A stretch of DNA of 64,000 bases from Octopus vulgaris (taxonomy: Eukaryota). Under the pieces are notes generated by a model. It saw only the letters and a list, made by a program, of their open reading frames with translations, was not told the DNA's origin and ran no database searches. The translations under genes and the position numbers were made by a program. Shown here in pieces: positions 1-12,761 of the stretch. The stretch is from NCBI GenBank assembly GCA_951406725.2, contig OX597820.1:46624001-46688000 (forward strand), written 5' to 3'. Each line of letters starts with the position of its first letter. Positions within the stretch are counted from its first letter, which is position 1.

Positions 1-832
1 TGACCCCAGTGTGTAATTGGTACTTATTTTAACGCCGCATTTTGCATTCAGAACCCATGTCTCACTACCATGGAGTGTAGCCGTTCACATACAAGCATCA
101 TACAGTCTACCTTTCACTCTGAGAGAGAGTCCTTTTTTTGCCAACAGAGATAATAGCTCTCTGAATTCCTACAACCTATTCTTTTTCTAGAAACAATACT
201 TCCAGAGAACCCACCACCATTTACCAAGTTTAAAAGCATGGTATGATTTGCTTAAGTTAAAGTAGGCTAATGGTGAAACAAACTGTTATTTTCTTTGTTT
301 CTAAATTCTGGTTAGTATTTTCAGGTGGCCACTAATAATAATTATTTTTATCACAAGCTGAACAAAGAACAATATACATTTCGAATACTTCTTTTTTTAA
401 TTTTTATTTTATATGGCATTTTGTGAACAACTGCTTTGTTGTTTAGTGAGTCAATCACTAGTTTGCTTGACAATCTTGATTCTTGCAGCAACGTTACCTA
501 TTGTAATTCAACTCCAATGTTACTATATAAGAAGCAATTTAACACCTCTATATCTAAGCAAAATAAACAAAGTAAAACTTATTTTCATTCGGTAAAGGCA
601 GACCTGTGTAGTAGGAGTATAGTAACTTAACTGGAGTTCATTATGTTAGTGTTTGTTTTTCTATTGGAAGTCTTGGCTGACAACCTCTCTAGTGATGGTA
701 ACATAACAACTGGGTGGTGGTAATTATGAGAGAGAGGTAAATAATGAAAAGTAATCCTAATGACATCAACAAGGCTAGTATTTTTAGAAAACTGGTCAAA
801 TTCAGCAGGTATCTTGTGGAACAGCAGCCGCA

Positions 833-1230
833 GTGGAGGCGCAATGGCCCGGTGGTTAGGGTAGCGGACTCACGGTCGTATGAACGTGGTTTCGATTCCC
901 AGTCCAGGCACCATGAGTGTTTATTGAGCAAAAACACCTAAGCTCCACAAGGCTCTGGTGGTGGGGTGGGGAACCCCACTGTACTCTTTCATCACAACTT
1001 TCTCCCTACTTCTGCCACAAAGCAGAGGAACCATGGTGTAACCCACTATGGTGTAGTAAACTTTCAGGCCCTAGTCTAGATTGCGAATCCTCTGTACCCC
1101 AGGATGGTTCAGCTCTCCACCCATTAAAAGCCACTGTTTACAGAATGAGGATAATAACAAAGCTTTCACGCCCGTGCAACCGCCAGTCTATCACGTGTGG
1201 TGGCTTGATCTTCAAGTTGCAACACACATT
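833..1230 (+). mobile_element. tRNA-derived SINE (family A); related reverse copies at ~12215-12516 and ~58560-58878
   Basis: A box TGGCCCGGTGG and B box GTTTCGATTCC; the head recurs in reverse complement at the other two loci. Confidence 0.75.
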
Positions 1231-1296
1231 CTTAGTAGCTTAGAGTAGGCTTGAATTAGAGATTATTCTTTGTGGCTAATGGCGTGAGTCCTGATT

Positions 1297-1470
1297 GGAG
1301 GAGGAGGAGGAGGAGGAGGAGGAGGAGGAGGAGGAGGAGGAGGAGAAGAAGAAGAAGAAGAAGAAGAAGAAGAAGAAGAAGAAGAAGAAGAAGAAGAAGA
1401 AGAAGAAGAAGAAGAAGAAGAAGAAGAAGAAGAAGAAGAAGAAGAAGAAGAAGAAGAAGAAGAAGAAGAA
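1297..1470 (+). repeat. Compound (GGA)n-(GAA)n purine microsatellite
   Basis: Directly visible, about 175 bp uninterrupted. Confidence 0.98.
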
Positions 1471-1529
1471 AGCAGCTCAAGCCCAATCATAATCAAGCTA
1501 CTTCTGACCCTCAACAGTGAAGGAGATTA

Positions 1530-2230
1530 AAATGGACAAAAGAGAACAACAAATCATTGTTTGAATGTTATATTAGGAATGAGCGAGAGAAAAGAGGCTA
1601 TCAGAAAAGGTTACTAGAACTCTGGAAAAATATCACTATGAAGAGCTGAAAGATGTGATTGAACAAAGATTGGTTAATCAGATTAGACAAATTAAGATCA
1701 AAAAATGGTTAAAGAAGATGGAACAAGAGGAGACTATAATGGAAGAGTGAAAGGAACTGTAGGGAACTACTGATCCAGATGAAATGCTCATGGAACAGGA
1801 GAATCTACAGAACTTGGACATGGAGGGAGGGAATCCACCATATACAGAAGATATTAGCGTACCTCCAGCTAGAGAGTCACTGGAAAAAATTAGCCCAGAA
1901 TTAGCTGCTTTCATTGACACAATTCTGGAAATAATGTTTCTTGAGGGAAGGAAAAGGTTACCATCACTGAAGTCATGTAATAGAGCAAAGCTAAGACCAG
2001 AACTCAAGAAACTGAATGAAGTTGTCATGAGAATTCTAACTAAGGACATCACATAGTTAAATTTCCTGATGTATGCCAATGCTTATATCATCACAGAGAA
2101 GACAAGAATGTTTAGTGAAAAGAAAGTACAGAGAAACAAAGAACCATTCTGGGAAAGGAGAATAAAAGAAAGCATTGATACATTGGAGAAGGAGTTGAGT
2201 AGTAATAATAATAATAATAATAATAATAAT
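1530..2230 (+). mobile_element. Degenerate N-terminal fragment of an R4/Dong-like non-LTR element, ending in (AAT)n
   Basis: Broken frames give ERKRGYQKRLLELW, EQRLVNQIRQI and EPFWERRIKESI, resembling R4/Dong ORF N-termini; in-frame stops present. Confidence 0.5.
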
Positions 2231-2532
2231 TTGACTTATGCTCTGATAACCCTGCTAAACATAAAAATGATTTCTATTTTAGAACAAGACTTGAAATTTG
2301 GGGATGAGGGCTCAATCAATTATATTAACTCCAGTACTTGACCCATATTTATTTTAACCACCCTGAAAGATATAAAAAAAAAACCCAAATTATCAGCCAT
2401 AATAGGATTAATGATAATATTTTTTTTCTAATATAGGCACAAAGCTTGAAATTTGGGGGATGGGAGTGGTCAACGATATCAACTCCAGTACTTGACTGCA
2501 CTTATTTTATCAACATTGAAACAATGAAAGAC

Positions 2533-4305
2533 AATCATCATCATTGTTCGACCGTGGTCGAGACAATGGAATTTACCATGTTGCGCCAGATTTCATGGTC
2601 CATCATAGCATTACGGAGGTCCTGTTGCTGGATGCCTGTATCCCTGGAGATTACATCAGGGTAGGAGAGTGTGCGCCCTCTGGTGTTGCGAGTAGATGGC
2701 TTCCAGAGAAGAAGAGTAGAAATTACTTCTTTTTCAGCTCTACAACAATGTCCAGCAAACTGGACTCTCCTACCCTTCACAAGAGATGACACAGGTGGTA
2801 ATTTCCCATATATTTGCATTTTAGTTGGATGGCGCCTCCACGAGAGATTTTGAGCTCTCATAAGGAGGCGAGTGTAGGTTCCATCCAACCGCCTCTCAAG
2901 CTTCTTTGATAACGTCCAGGTTTCTGAGCCATATAGTAGGATTGGTTCGACTGTGGCTTTGAATATTTCAAGTTTGAAGTCTCTACTTAGATTTGATGAC
3001 CAGATCTTATGCATGTCATTACAGGCTGACCAGGCCATACCCTTTCTAGTTAGAAAGTCTTTTCCAGATGATGATATGTATGACCCAAGATATTTATAAT
3101 CAGAAACCATATTTAAAGGTGCACTGTTGAGAGTGTGGATGATGCAATCACTGTTGGACAGGCACTTGTTTATGTATTCAGTTTTGGTCTCATTAAGGTA
3201 AAGACCTACACAATTTGAGGCTTGTTCAAGAGATTGTAAAAGAGACTGGGCATTGGAGAGAGAATCACTGATAAGAGCGATGTCGTCAGCAAAGTCAGTG
3301 TCTGTCAAGTACTCAGCTGGGTGTCTGGAACTTCTTCTTGGTTTTATTTCAAAGCCCTTGCCAGAGATGGTATCAACTGACATACGTAGCACATAATCAA
3401 CAACAATGATGAAAAGAAATGGGGCGAGTGTGTCTCCCTGCAGTATTCCGGCCTCGATCGAGAAAGATGATGTTTCTCCATCAGGGGTTAAGATGGTTGA
3501 AGACGTATCTGTGTAGAGGACCTTGATGGCAGAAATAATTTTGTCTGGTATCCCATAGAGCTTAAGGATTTCAAACATCTTGCACCTATCTACAGAATCG
3601 AACGCTTTAGAAAAGTCTACAAATACCATTGCAAGATCGCGATTAAATGCTTTTGATTCTTCAATAAGTCTGCGCAGGCATAGTATCTGGCTCAGCGTTG
3701 AGCGCCCATGTCTGAATCCATTTTGGTTCTTTCGGAGCAAAGGTTCAACAAAAAGGACAAGACGATTTAGGATCAGTTTGTTGTACAGTTTTGCAGCAAT
3801 TGACATTAGAGATATGCCCCTGTAGTTGGTGACGAGGGACAAATCGCCTTTTTTGGGTATTGGAATGATTTGAGACTGGTGCCAAATCTTTGGAGTGACA
3901 AAGGTGGAAAGTGTGTGGTTGCAGAGGTTAAGCAAAAGTGTGTGAAATCTATCATCCTTCCAAATCACAGCCGGAATGTTGTCGGGACCAAATGCTTTTG
4001 AGGCTTTTAGTTGCTTGGTGGCTGCTGTTAGTTCAAATATGGTAAAAGGGGAGGTGTTGATGTCCAGCGTGTCTGATATAGGCACACTTGGGAGAGTGGG
4101 GTTATCAGGGATTTTGGCATTCTTCCCAAGGAGGTTTTTAAAATGGGTTGACCAATTTTCTAAACGCTTCTTAGCTGATCCCCCTTTAATTCTAATTGAT
4201 GACCCAGAATTTTTGCCTGATAGGTCTTTGATGGATTTCCAGGCGAGATGGTGTTTTTTACTAATGTGCTCTTTCGATAGTTTACTAATTTTGCCATTGA
4301 TAAAG
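2533..4305 (-). mobile_element. 5'-truncated RTE-like LINE with uninterrupted RT ORF, inserted into a SINE
   Basis: RT motifs NYRGISL, QNGFR, FVDFSKAFDS, GILQGDTLAP, FADD, YKYLG; (GAT)n tail after the stop; SINE halves at ~2430-2530 and ~4305-4395. Confidence 0.93.
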
Positions 4306-4703
4306 CCAATCCCAGTAGAGATTGAACTCAGAACATAAAGTGGAAGGAATGCTGCAAAGCATTTTGTCCAATATGCAAATGATTCTGTCAGCTCAAATAG
4401 ATGTTTGTATTGTAGTTATTCTCTATTTATACAGACAATTCAGAATTTGCAAGAATGCATATATAGTATACATTTAATGACTTGTAGACACACAGTATTT
4501 CAAAATGCAGCCATAATATGCTACAAAATATATTAAATGTTTTTATTAGTCAAAACTGTGTACTACTGTGTTAGCAGTGCCATGTGTTAAGGTCATCTCT
4601 ACAAATTTTTTATAAAAATTATAGCCAGCACTTATTTTGTCACATTTCATATCTGAGATGACAAATGTAAACAAATAATGAGATTGAAGATGAGAAAAAT
4701 AGG

Positions 4704-4750
4704 TAAATGAACCATATTTCAGGAGGTTTTGCTCCTTCATCAGCCATCTA
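4704..4750 (-). ncRNA. Hammerhead-ribozyme-like motif (type I, degenerate at the cleavage site)
   Basis: tagatgg-CTGATGA-aggag(caaaac)ctcct-GAAA-tatggt-tcattta; perfect 5-bp stem II. Confidence 0.6.
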
Positions 4751-5253
4751 ACACATTAATCACAACTGAATTAATTGCTTAAATAGCCACTAAATACAGC
4801 AGTATGATGTTATTGGATATATCAATTTTACATGATAAACACATTCTTGGAAGCAGGCATGTAAATATTAAGGACTTGTAGGGATGCGGTATTTCGTTAT
4901 GCAATCATAATATGCTACAAAGTATATTAAATGTTTTAATAAGTGAATACTGTGTACCACTGTGTTAGCAGTGCACTTAAATCATGTGCTAAGTTCATAG
5001 CTCCAAGTTCACCTTGACTGAAAAGACACATGATAAAAGACTGTGACAATCTCTTTTCTTTTAGATAACAGAGTGTGATTAGAGAAAGATTTTGTTGCTA
5101 CTTCTAACATGTAACCACAGAGGCTCTCTCACTCATTCAATAACACTAACCATAAGGCTCAGTGACTGGTGAGAACTTATGGTTTGTGATATCATTCCAA
5201 AGAGCTGTGGTGATAAGAGTTGGAAAAGAACTAGAATTATATGATAAACATAC

Positions 5254-5460
5254 TGTTCCATGACTTTGGTTAGTTCCTTTAAATCTTGGATTTCATCGTA
5301 AGTAGTTTTCTGATCAGGGTTGGCAAAATCTCCAAAGAAGAGGTTTCGAACATCACTGTCCTTCACTTTACCACTTTTTGAAAGGTGACCAAGAACCTTG
5401 TCAATGTTTACCTTGAAGTTGTTTTGACACGAGTCTTTGACAATGCTGAAGAACATTTCC
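5254..5460 (-). CDS. DNAH3: DNAH3-like exon 18 (lead-in to AAA4); gene continues past the window start
   Basis: EMFFSIVKDSC...RNLFFGDF...YDEIQDLKELTKVME+CA|gtatgt; 207 nt; the next expected exon (YLEEFN...) was not found in 1-5250. Confidence 0.93.
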
Positions 5461-6055
5461 CTGTAAAGAGAAAATTAGAATTCACAAAAAGTAAAATGGA
5501 ACCAGCAGCATCGAAAAGTGGATATGGCATAAATTAGAATTGGCAGTAAAGAAATAAGAACATTCAAACTGTGACAATCTCATATTCCATTCAGTATAAC
5601 CTGGACTACATTATCAAATGTGTCATTTTTTTAAGACGACGTGGTATGACATGAGGGAAATTTAGCTGCTATTTTCAAGAGGTTGAGAGTCCCATAAAGG
5701 TTCTCTCACTGGTAACATAGTGGACATTAATTAAAGTGGAGAGCTAGCAGAATATGTAGCATGCCAGGTAAAATACTTAGGGGCATTTCATCTGTCTTTA
5801 CATTCTGAGTTAAAATTCCACCAAGGTTAATATTGTCAGTGTTATTTGCACTTTTGCATAATTTAGATGGTGTAGTACTATATTTTTTTTTTTTAATGAA
5901 TGACTTTTCTGGTAACTTTTCCACTTTAATGATTGGATGTTTACAAATTGTATCTTGACTGTTTTTTTTTTACTGCTACTGATCAGATGTTCTATACAGA
6001 TATATATACATATATAAGGGATGGGTCTCTGAATTGAGACTTAGTTTCTTGCTTA

Positions 6056-6475
6056 GGAATGGCTGTGTGGTAAGTAGCTTGCTTACAAACCACATGGTCC
6101 AGGTTCAGTCCTACTGCATGGCACCTTGGGCAAGTGTCTTGTACTATAGCTGACCAAAGCCTTGTGAGTGGATTTGGTAGACGGAAACTGAAAGAAGCTC
6201 ATCAAATATATGTATATATATATATATATATATATGCATGTGTGTGTGTGTATATGTTTGTGTGTCTGTGTTTGTCCTCCCAACATCGCTTGACAACTGA
6301 TGCTGGTGTGTTTACATCCCTGTAACTTAGTAGTTCGGCAAAGAGACCAATAGAATAAGTACAAGGCTTACAAAGAATAAGTCCTGGAGTTGATTTGCTT
6401 GACTAAAGGTGGTGCTCCAGCATGACCACAGTCAAATGACTGAATCAAGTAAAAGAATAAAAGAGTAAAAGAGTA
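6056..6475 (+). mobile_element. tRNA-derived SINE (family B) with internal (TA)n(TG)n
   Basis: Same ~400-bp unit at ~8861-9262+, 22975-23380-, 24115-24512+, 38575-39040+, 46036-46432+, 62316-62717+; partial copies at 6750-7050-, 36640-36925+, 39755-39910+, 44490-44710+, 52120-52340+, 58340-58500-. Confidence 0.88.
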
Positions 6476-6563
6476 AGTGATTTTTCATATCAGAGTTCTT
6501 TTAATATATTCTTAGTTTCTGTCGGGATGTTGCTGAGTGTGTTACAAAACAACACATAGAAAA

Positions 6564-6602
<39 letters not shown>

Positions 6603-7104
6603 CGTATATAAACAAAAGGTTGAATACAAAAATTGAGACACCAAATAATGAACAATTTGAAAATTGCTTTTTAGCAAGAAACTTAGTCCCAAATCAGAGA
6701 CCCTTTCTCTGTATGAAACAAGCTCTGATCACTGAAAGGAAAACAATTCTTTTATTCTTTTATTCTTTTACTTGTTTCTGTCATTTGACTGCAGCCAAAC
6801 TGAGGCACCACCTTGAAGGGTTCCAGTTGAAGAAATTGACCCAGGACTTATTTTTTTGTAAACCTAGTACTTATTCTATTGGTCTCTTTTGCCAAACTAC
6901 TACGTCACAGGAATGTAAACACACCAACATTGGTTCTCAAGTGATGGTGGGGGAACAAACACAAAGGCACACACACATAAAAAAATACACACACACACAC
7001 ACAATAGGCTTCTTTCAGTTTCCGTCTACCAAATCCACTCACAATGCTTTGGTTGGCAGCCATGCCTGTGACTATCATGATATAATTTACGAACATCTAA
7101 TGAC

Positions 7105-7345
7105 TTCATCATCATCATCATCGTTTAACGTCCGCTTTCCGTGCTAGCACGGGTTGGACGGTTCGACCGGGGTCTGGGGAGCCAGGGGCTGCTCCAGGCT
7201 CCAGTCTGATCTGGCAGTGTTTCTACAGCTGGATGCCCTTCCTAACGCCAACCACTCCACGAGTGTAGTGGGTGCTTTTTACGTGCCACCTGCACAGGTG
7301 CCAGAGGGGTCTGGCACTGGCCACGATCGGTTGGTGCTTTTTATA
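7105..7345 (-). mobile_element. 3' end fragment of the RTE LINE at 40335-42790
   Basis: Shares ...GTTAGGAAGGGCATCCAGCTGTAGAAAC...AAACGATGATGATG; further copies at ~8190-8470, 19490-19790, 25030-25610, 52380-52720, 54405-54590, 55900-56400. Confidence 0.85.
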
Positions 7346-7848
7346 TCATTAAAGTGGAAAAATTTATCAGAAATGTCATTTTTATTCATTTCTTTTTTCA
7401 TACACATATACATACACACATACACCTTGTGTGTGTGTGTGCGTGTGTGTGTGTGTGTGTGAGTGTGTGTATGAGGGCATATGCACTAGTGGTTAGTGTA
7501 TTGCATTCACAAACATGAGATCATGAGTTCAGTTCCTGGACTGAGTAATGCTTTCTTTTCTGTTCTGTTCTTCTCATGTTGCTCTATGATCATTTCAACA
7601 TCTACCTAGTGAGTGGCCTACCAAGCACCTGAACAGGCAATGTGGATTTGATGGAGAGTGTGAGCTTATGAGCAGCACAAGCATTTTATCACTATAAACA
7701 AATCATATAGGCAGGTTGTTCAGTAAGACACTGCAGAATCGTCTTTCTTGAATTGAAAACTACATGTATGTATATGTGTATAGATATACGTATATACATA
7801 TGTATGTACTTATCGATGTACATATGTGTGTATGTATGTATGTACGTA

Positions 7849-7885
<37 letters not shown>

Positions 7886-9306
7886 ATGTATGTATGTATG
7901 CCAGAAGGTCTTCAAATCTAACAGAGGCCTCAAAAGACATTTTAAGATCCCCAAAGATCAGAACTTAACCGCAGCTCTTGATGATCCAAATCGGGTATGC
8001 AATCTATGTGTGTCTTTTCAAAACATAGTCTGGTTTAAAAAGCCACATCAGATACCATGATGGTTCTAAGGTGTAGGTACAAGAGGTGGTCAAACTCTGC
8101 ATAAGGAGGAGACAACCACCACCAGTATGTATGTGTATATAAATATATACATATGTGTGTATGTGTGTGTGTGTGTATGTGTGTGCGTGGCCAGTACTCC
8201 CTGACTGGCTCTTGTGCCAGTGGCACATAAAAAGCACCATCTGAATGTGATCAATGCCAGGCCTGCCTGACTGGCTCCCATGCCAGTGGCACGTAAAAAG
8301 CACCCACTACACTAAGAGTGGTTGGCATTAGGAAGGGCATCCAGCTGTAGAAACGTTGCCAGATCAGACTGGAGCCTGGTGCAGCCGCTGGCTCTACAGA
8401 CCTCAGTCAAACCGTCCAATCCACGCCAGCATGGAAAACGGATGTTAAACGATGATGATGGTGATGATATACATGTATGTATTTGTGTTAGTCTCCTAAC
8501 CATGTGACAACAAGCGATGGTTTGTTTATGTCCCTGCAACTTAGTGATCCATTAAAAAAGGTCAATAGAAGAAGTACTAGACTTTAAAAAAGGAACAGGT
8601 ACTAGGATCAATTTGTTTGGGTAAAGTCTTCAAGGCATTTCCCCAGGATGGTCACAATCCAATGACTGAAACAAGTAAAAGATAAAAGAAACCATCTTAA
8701 AAAAGTAAGGACTCATTAAACAATGTAATCCTAGAAATACCCAGCCTGAGAAAAATAAAATAAAGAAGTACGATGAGGCTTGAGACTGGAATACATTTTA
8801 TCATAGATATACTCAATCAGGACTGACCTAGGGTTACACAAGAACAAAATAACAACAAGGCAGGAGTGGCTGTGTGGTAAGTAGCTTGCTTACCAACCAC
8901 ATGGTTCTGGGCTCAGTCCCACTGAGTGGCACCTTGGGCAAGTGTCTTCTACTATAGCCTGGGCCAACCAAAGCCTTGTGAGTGGATTTGGTAGACAGAA
9001 ACTGAGAGAAGCCCGTCGTATATATGTATATGCATATATATGCATGTGTGTGTGTGTGTTTGTGTGTCTGTATTTGTCCCCCCAGCATCAACTGATGCTG
9101 GTGTGTTTATGGCCCCGTAACTTAGCGGTTCGGCAAAAGACCGATAGAATAAGTACTAGGCTTACAAAGAATAAGTCCTGGGGTCGATTTGCTCGACTAA
9201 AGGCGGTGCTCCAGCATGGCCGCAGTCAAATGACTGAAACAAGTAAAAGAGTAAAAGAGAGAGTAAATTGTAATGAAACATAAAAGAAACAAAAAACTGT
9301 ACTGAC

Positions 9307-9533
9307 CGATCAGTGTCATCAATGAGACGATCATGGAATACTCTGTAGACTTCATGTACCCACAGACGGATTACCTTGTCTGTCTCGACCATGTTGATAG
9401 GAGGAACAAGCAGTACACCTTGGATGACCCGTGAGAAATCACGCAGATTAAATACATAATGGCTTTTGGATGGCGTCGGTAGGAAGGTGACGATAGCATT
9501 CTTGTACACCTCCATTGTCGCAGAAACCATAAG
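9307..9533 (-). CDS. DNAH3: DNAH3-like exon 17 (AAA3 small domain)
   Basis: LMVSAT...FLPTPSKSHYVFNLRDFSRVIQG...RLWVHEVYRVFHDRLIDDTD+CG; 227 nt. Confidence 0.96.
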
Positions 9534-10177
9534 CTGGCAATATGAAGAAAAGTTGACAGATAATAAGAGTTCTTTTTTTCCTTATAGTTGCCCCACACTC
9601 TCACATTTTGTGGGACAAGTGTAGTACTTTGAATCAACCAGAGTATATTACTGGTACTTATTTAATCCAAACCTGCTGAAGTTAACTTTGTCTTTCGCCC
9701 TTTCAGGATTGATAGAATAAGTGACCAATCATATCACTGAGGATAATTCACATGACTACATCTCTCTTATGAAAGATGATTTGTACAATAATGTTTCTGA
9801 AAATTCCCCACCTTAAATAGAGTAATTATGACAAAGAAGGAGAAGTGAGGGAAGGCAGAGGGAAAGAGGAAGATTTGCAGAGAGATACCATTTTTTTTTT
9901 TTGAGGAGAGAGGTGTAGGAAGTGCAGCTGATTCCAGTATACCTGATGCTTGTTATATTTCATCCAGAGACAGAGAAGACGTATGTCAATCCCAACAAGA
10001 CTTCACCATAGAGCAAGTATAGGTATGACTGTATTATTAAAAGGTTTACATTGCAACTACCTGGATTTGAGGTTTGATGCTATCATGTAGTGTCTTGGGT
10101 AAATATCTTCTACCACAGTTTTAGACTGACCAATACCTTTTGAGTGACAGAAACTACATGTGAGAAGAAAGTTAAGA

Positions 10178-10570
10178 TGGCGAGCAGGCAGAAACGTTAG
10201 CACACCGGGCGAAATGCTTAGCGGTATTTCGTCTGCCGCTACATTCTGAGTTCAAATTCCGCCGAGGTCGACTTTGCCTTTCATCCTTTCGGAGTAGATT
10301 AAATAAGTACCAGTTACACACTGGGGTCGATGTAATCAACTTAATCCATTTGTCTGTCCTTGTTTGTCCTCTCTGTGTTTAGCCCCTTGTGGGTATTAAA
10401 GAAGTAGGTATTTCATCTGCTGCTACGTCGACTTTGCCTTTCATCCTTCCGGGATCAATAAATTAAGTACCAGTTATGTGCTGGGGGTCGATGTAATCAA
10501 CTTAATCCCTTTGTCTGTCCTCCTTGTTTGTCCCCTCTATGTTTAGCCCCTTGTGGGCAATAAAGAAATA
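10178..10570 (+). mobile_element. SINE (family C) with duplicated 3' half; second copy at 29201-29430
   Basis: GGCGAGC.GGCAGAA.CGTTAGCAC...GAGTTCAAATTCC (B box)...AAGTACCAG; about 160 bp repeated in tandem. Confidence 0.8.
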
Positions 10571-12575
10571 AGTAACTACATATGAGAAGAAACCCACCAT
10601 ATCACTATCATGGCCTCTTACCCTCAAAAACAACAGAAACCACCACCCCCATTTCCAGCAGGTTTAGATTGCTACTGTGGGTCTATTTGCAACTAAACTT
10701 TCTCCTAATATCATCAAAAAATGAAGCTTCTCAGCTGTAGTGAAAGTGATCCGTTGACAAGCTTGGGCAATAAAAACAAACCCAACAGTATTCAAAAAGG
10801 GCCCTGCTCTGATCATACAGGGAATGCATAGACTCTGTGAGCTGCAGTGCGGGCAATCTGTAGAGGAGAGTGGTAACTCTGAAAAAGAAAGGAAAATTAC
10901 AGTGTAGAGAAGTCCCTTTCATTCATACCTCTCTAGTGTTGGTCATACAATAAAATGCATCCAATGCATGTAAAATGAGAGGTGATATGAAAGGTATCCA
11001 GTGCATGTTAAATGAACAAAGATCAGTGGTTTTTCACTGTTGCAGTGTGATGGAGGAGCACAATAAGAAGCAAGATGTTGTGAGATCCATACAACTGGTA
11101 TGAGACAGTTTGGTATGTCTGTTTTGGCCCTGTCTATTTGCCATTGCTAATTCAACACTGACTTATTTGGAATCAGATGTTTTAATGCTTCTCTCATTCT
11201 CTCCTCACCTCTCTCTTTTTCTCTTTGTTTATGTGTGTAAGCATCTAGTTATGTTAGTATTCATGCATAATGTCCCTCTCCCTCACTCTATCTATATGTG
11301 TACATTTCTGTGTTTTTATGTGTTTGCCTCCCGTATCATAGAGTATGGTCACCAAAACAGGTTCAATATCCAGTGACCCATGTCAAATCATCAGCGTCCA
11401 AACAGCCATAACCAGTCATCTCATTCTGCCATACAACCTATAAACCTATAGCATCATGAATAAATGGAAGTATAATGAAGATAATATATATGTGTTTCTG
11501 CATATCAATGTAAATGCCTAGTGGTATTGAAGTTCAAAGAAGAGGAGTAGCTCTGGTTAACTTGGCTGTTCAATAAATAGAGGTTGATGAAATGAGTACC
11601 AGACTAAGAACTGGTACAGATATAATTGATTAAAACTCTTGAAGTTGGTGCATCTCAATGGTTGTAGTCAAAGGAATGAATCAAAGCAAAAGGATAAATG
11701 GACAAAGTTAAATAATAAGACTTTTCTTTAGTCTTCTAAGGGTTTTAAATCAGGAAAGAAAATGTAGCACTTAAAACTCTTTTCGGGATCCCTTTGTTTA
11801 GTTGGAGGAATGAAAGAAGTTTTGTTCAGATCAGAGATTTAGCTCAAAAGTTTTCAACAGAGAAGTCTCCACTAGAAGCAACCAAGGATGGGCAGTTCCT
11901 GTGACTTACACAGGCTCTTCTCCAAAACTGATGAGATTGATACGGGTGAGGTTCCAAGACTGGCAGTGATGAGATCAGCAACTGCAGTGACTGAGAGACA
12001 GCAACTGCAGCAGCAACAGTAATGGCAATAGTTGTGGTAGTGACAACATCAACACATCAACAATGACGAATGTTTATTTTGATAAGGCAGGAAGCCAATT
12101 CTATTAACATTATTTGATGATTTAATTGATGTATATTGCAGAAACTTACTTCACCTCAAAAACATGGAAACTGAAGTTGATCACCATAAGTGATGAGTTT
12201 TTTGGGGTTTTTTTGCGCCCTTTTCAAACCTAGTCAGGCTCATGGGCCCAGTTTCCTGGTTTCTATGGCGTATGTGTTCCCCCCAGCTGGATGGGATGCC
12301 AGTCCATTGCAGTGTTACTCAAGAAACAGGAAGAAAGAGTGAAAGAAAGTTGAGGCAAAAGAGTACACCAGGGGTCGCCACCATCCCCTGCCAGAGCCTC
12401 ATGCAGCTTTAGGTGTTTTCGCTCAATAAACACACACAACGCCCTGTCTGGGAATCGAAACCGCGATCCTCCAACCGCAAGTCCGCTGCCCTAACCACTA
12501 GGCCATTGCGCCTCCATCAGTTATGATTGCTTGAATATTAAGCAGTTACAGAAAAGGGAAAACAAAACTGCTTAC

Positions 12576-12761
12576 CTTGCCCATCCGCATAAATGAAGAC
12601 TCAAAACCTCGTCCAAAATGCCAATCTGAAATCATTCCAAATATTCTGCTCAGAGTACTGTCATCAAACTCAGTGATGGTTATGACATTTGTATGCCTTG
12701 TAAAACGATTTGTAATTGGCTGCCTGCCAGCACTAGGTGGAGCCATTGCTGACACAAACAA
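12576..12761 (-). CDS. DNAH3: DNAH3-like exon 16 (AAA3)
   Basis: LFVSAMAPPSAGRQPITNRFTRH...DWHFGRGFESSFMRMGK; 186 nt. Confidence 0.95.

Noticed and set aside
400-830. Short ORFs as the possible next dynein exon
   Set aside because: No frame I read resembles the expected YLEEFN...PM.LV.F sequence; the next exon probably lies outside the window.
833-910. tRNA-like sequence
   Set aside because: SINE head with a repeated body and no complete cloverleaf; not a tRNA gene.
1256-1520. Poly-L/S/R/E/K ORFs
   Set aside because: Translations of the (GGA)n(GAA)n microsatellite.
7890-8110. C2H2-like peptide CQKVFKSNRGLKRH
   Set aside because: Frameshifted, lacks splice context and abuts microsatellites; more likely a retroelement C-terminal remnant than a zinc-finger gene.
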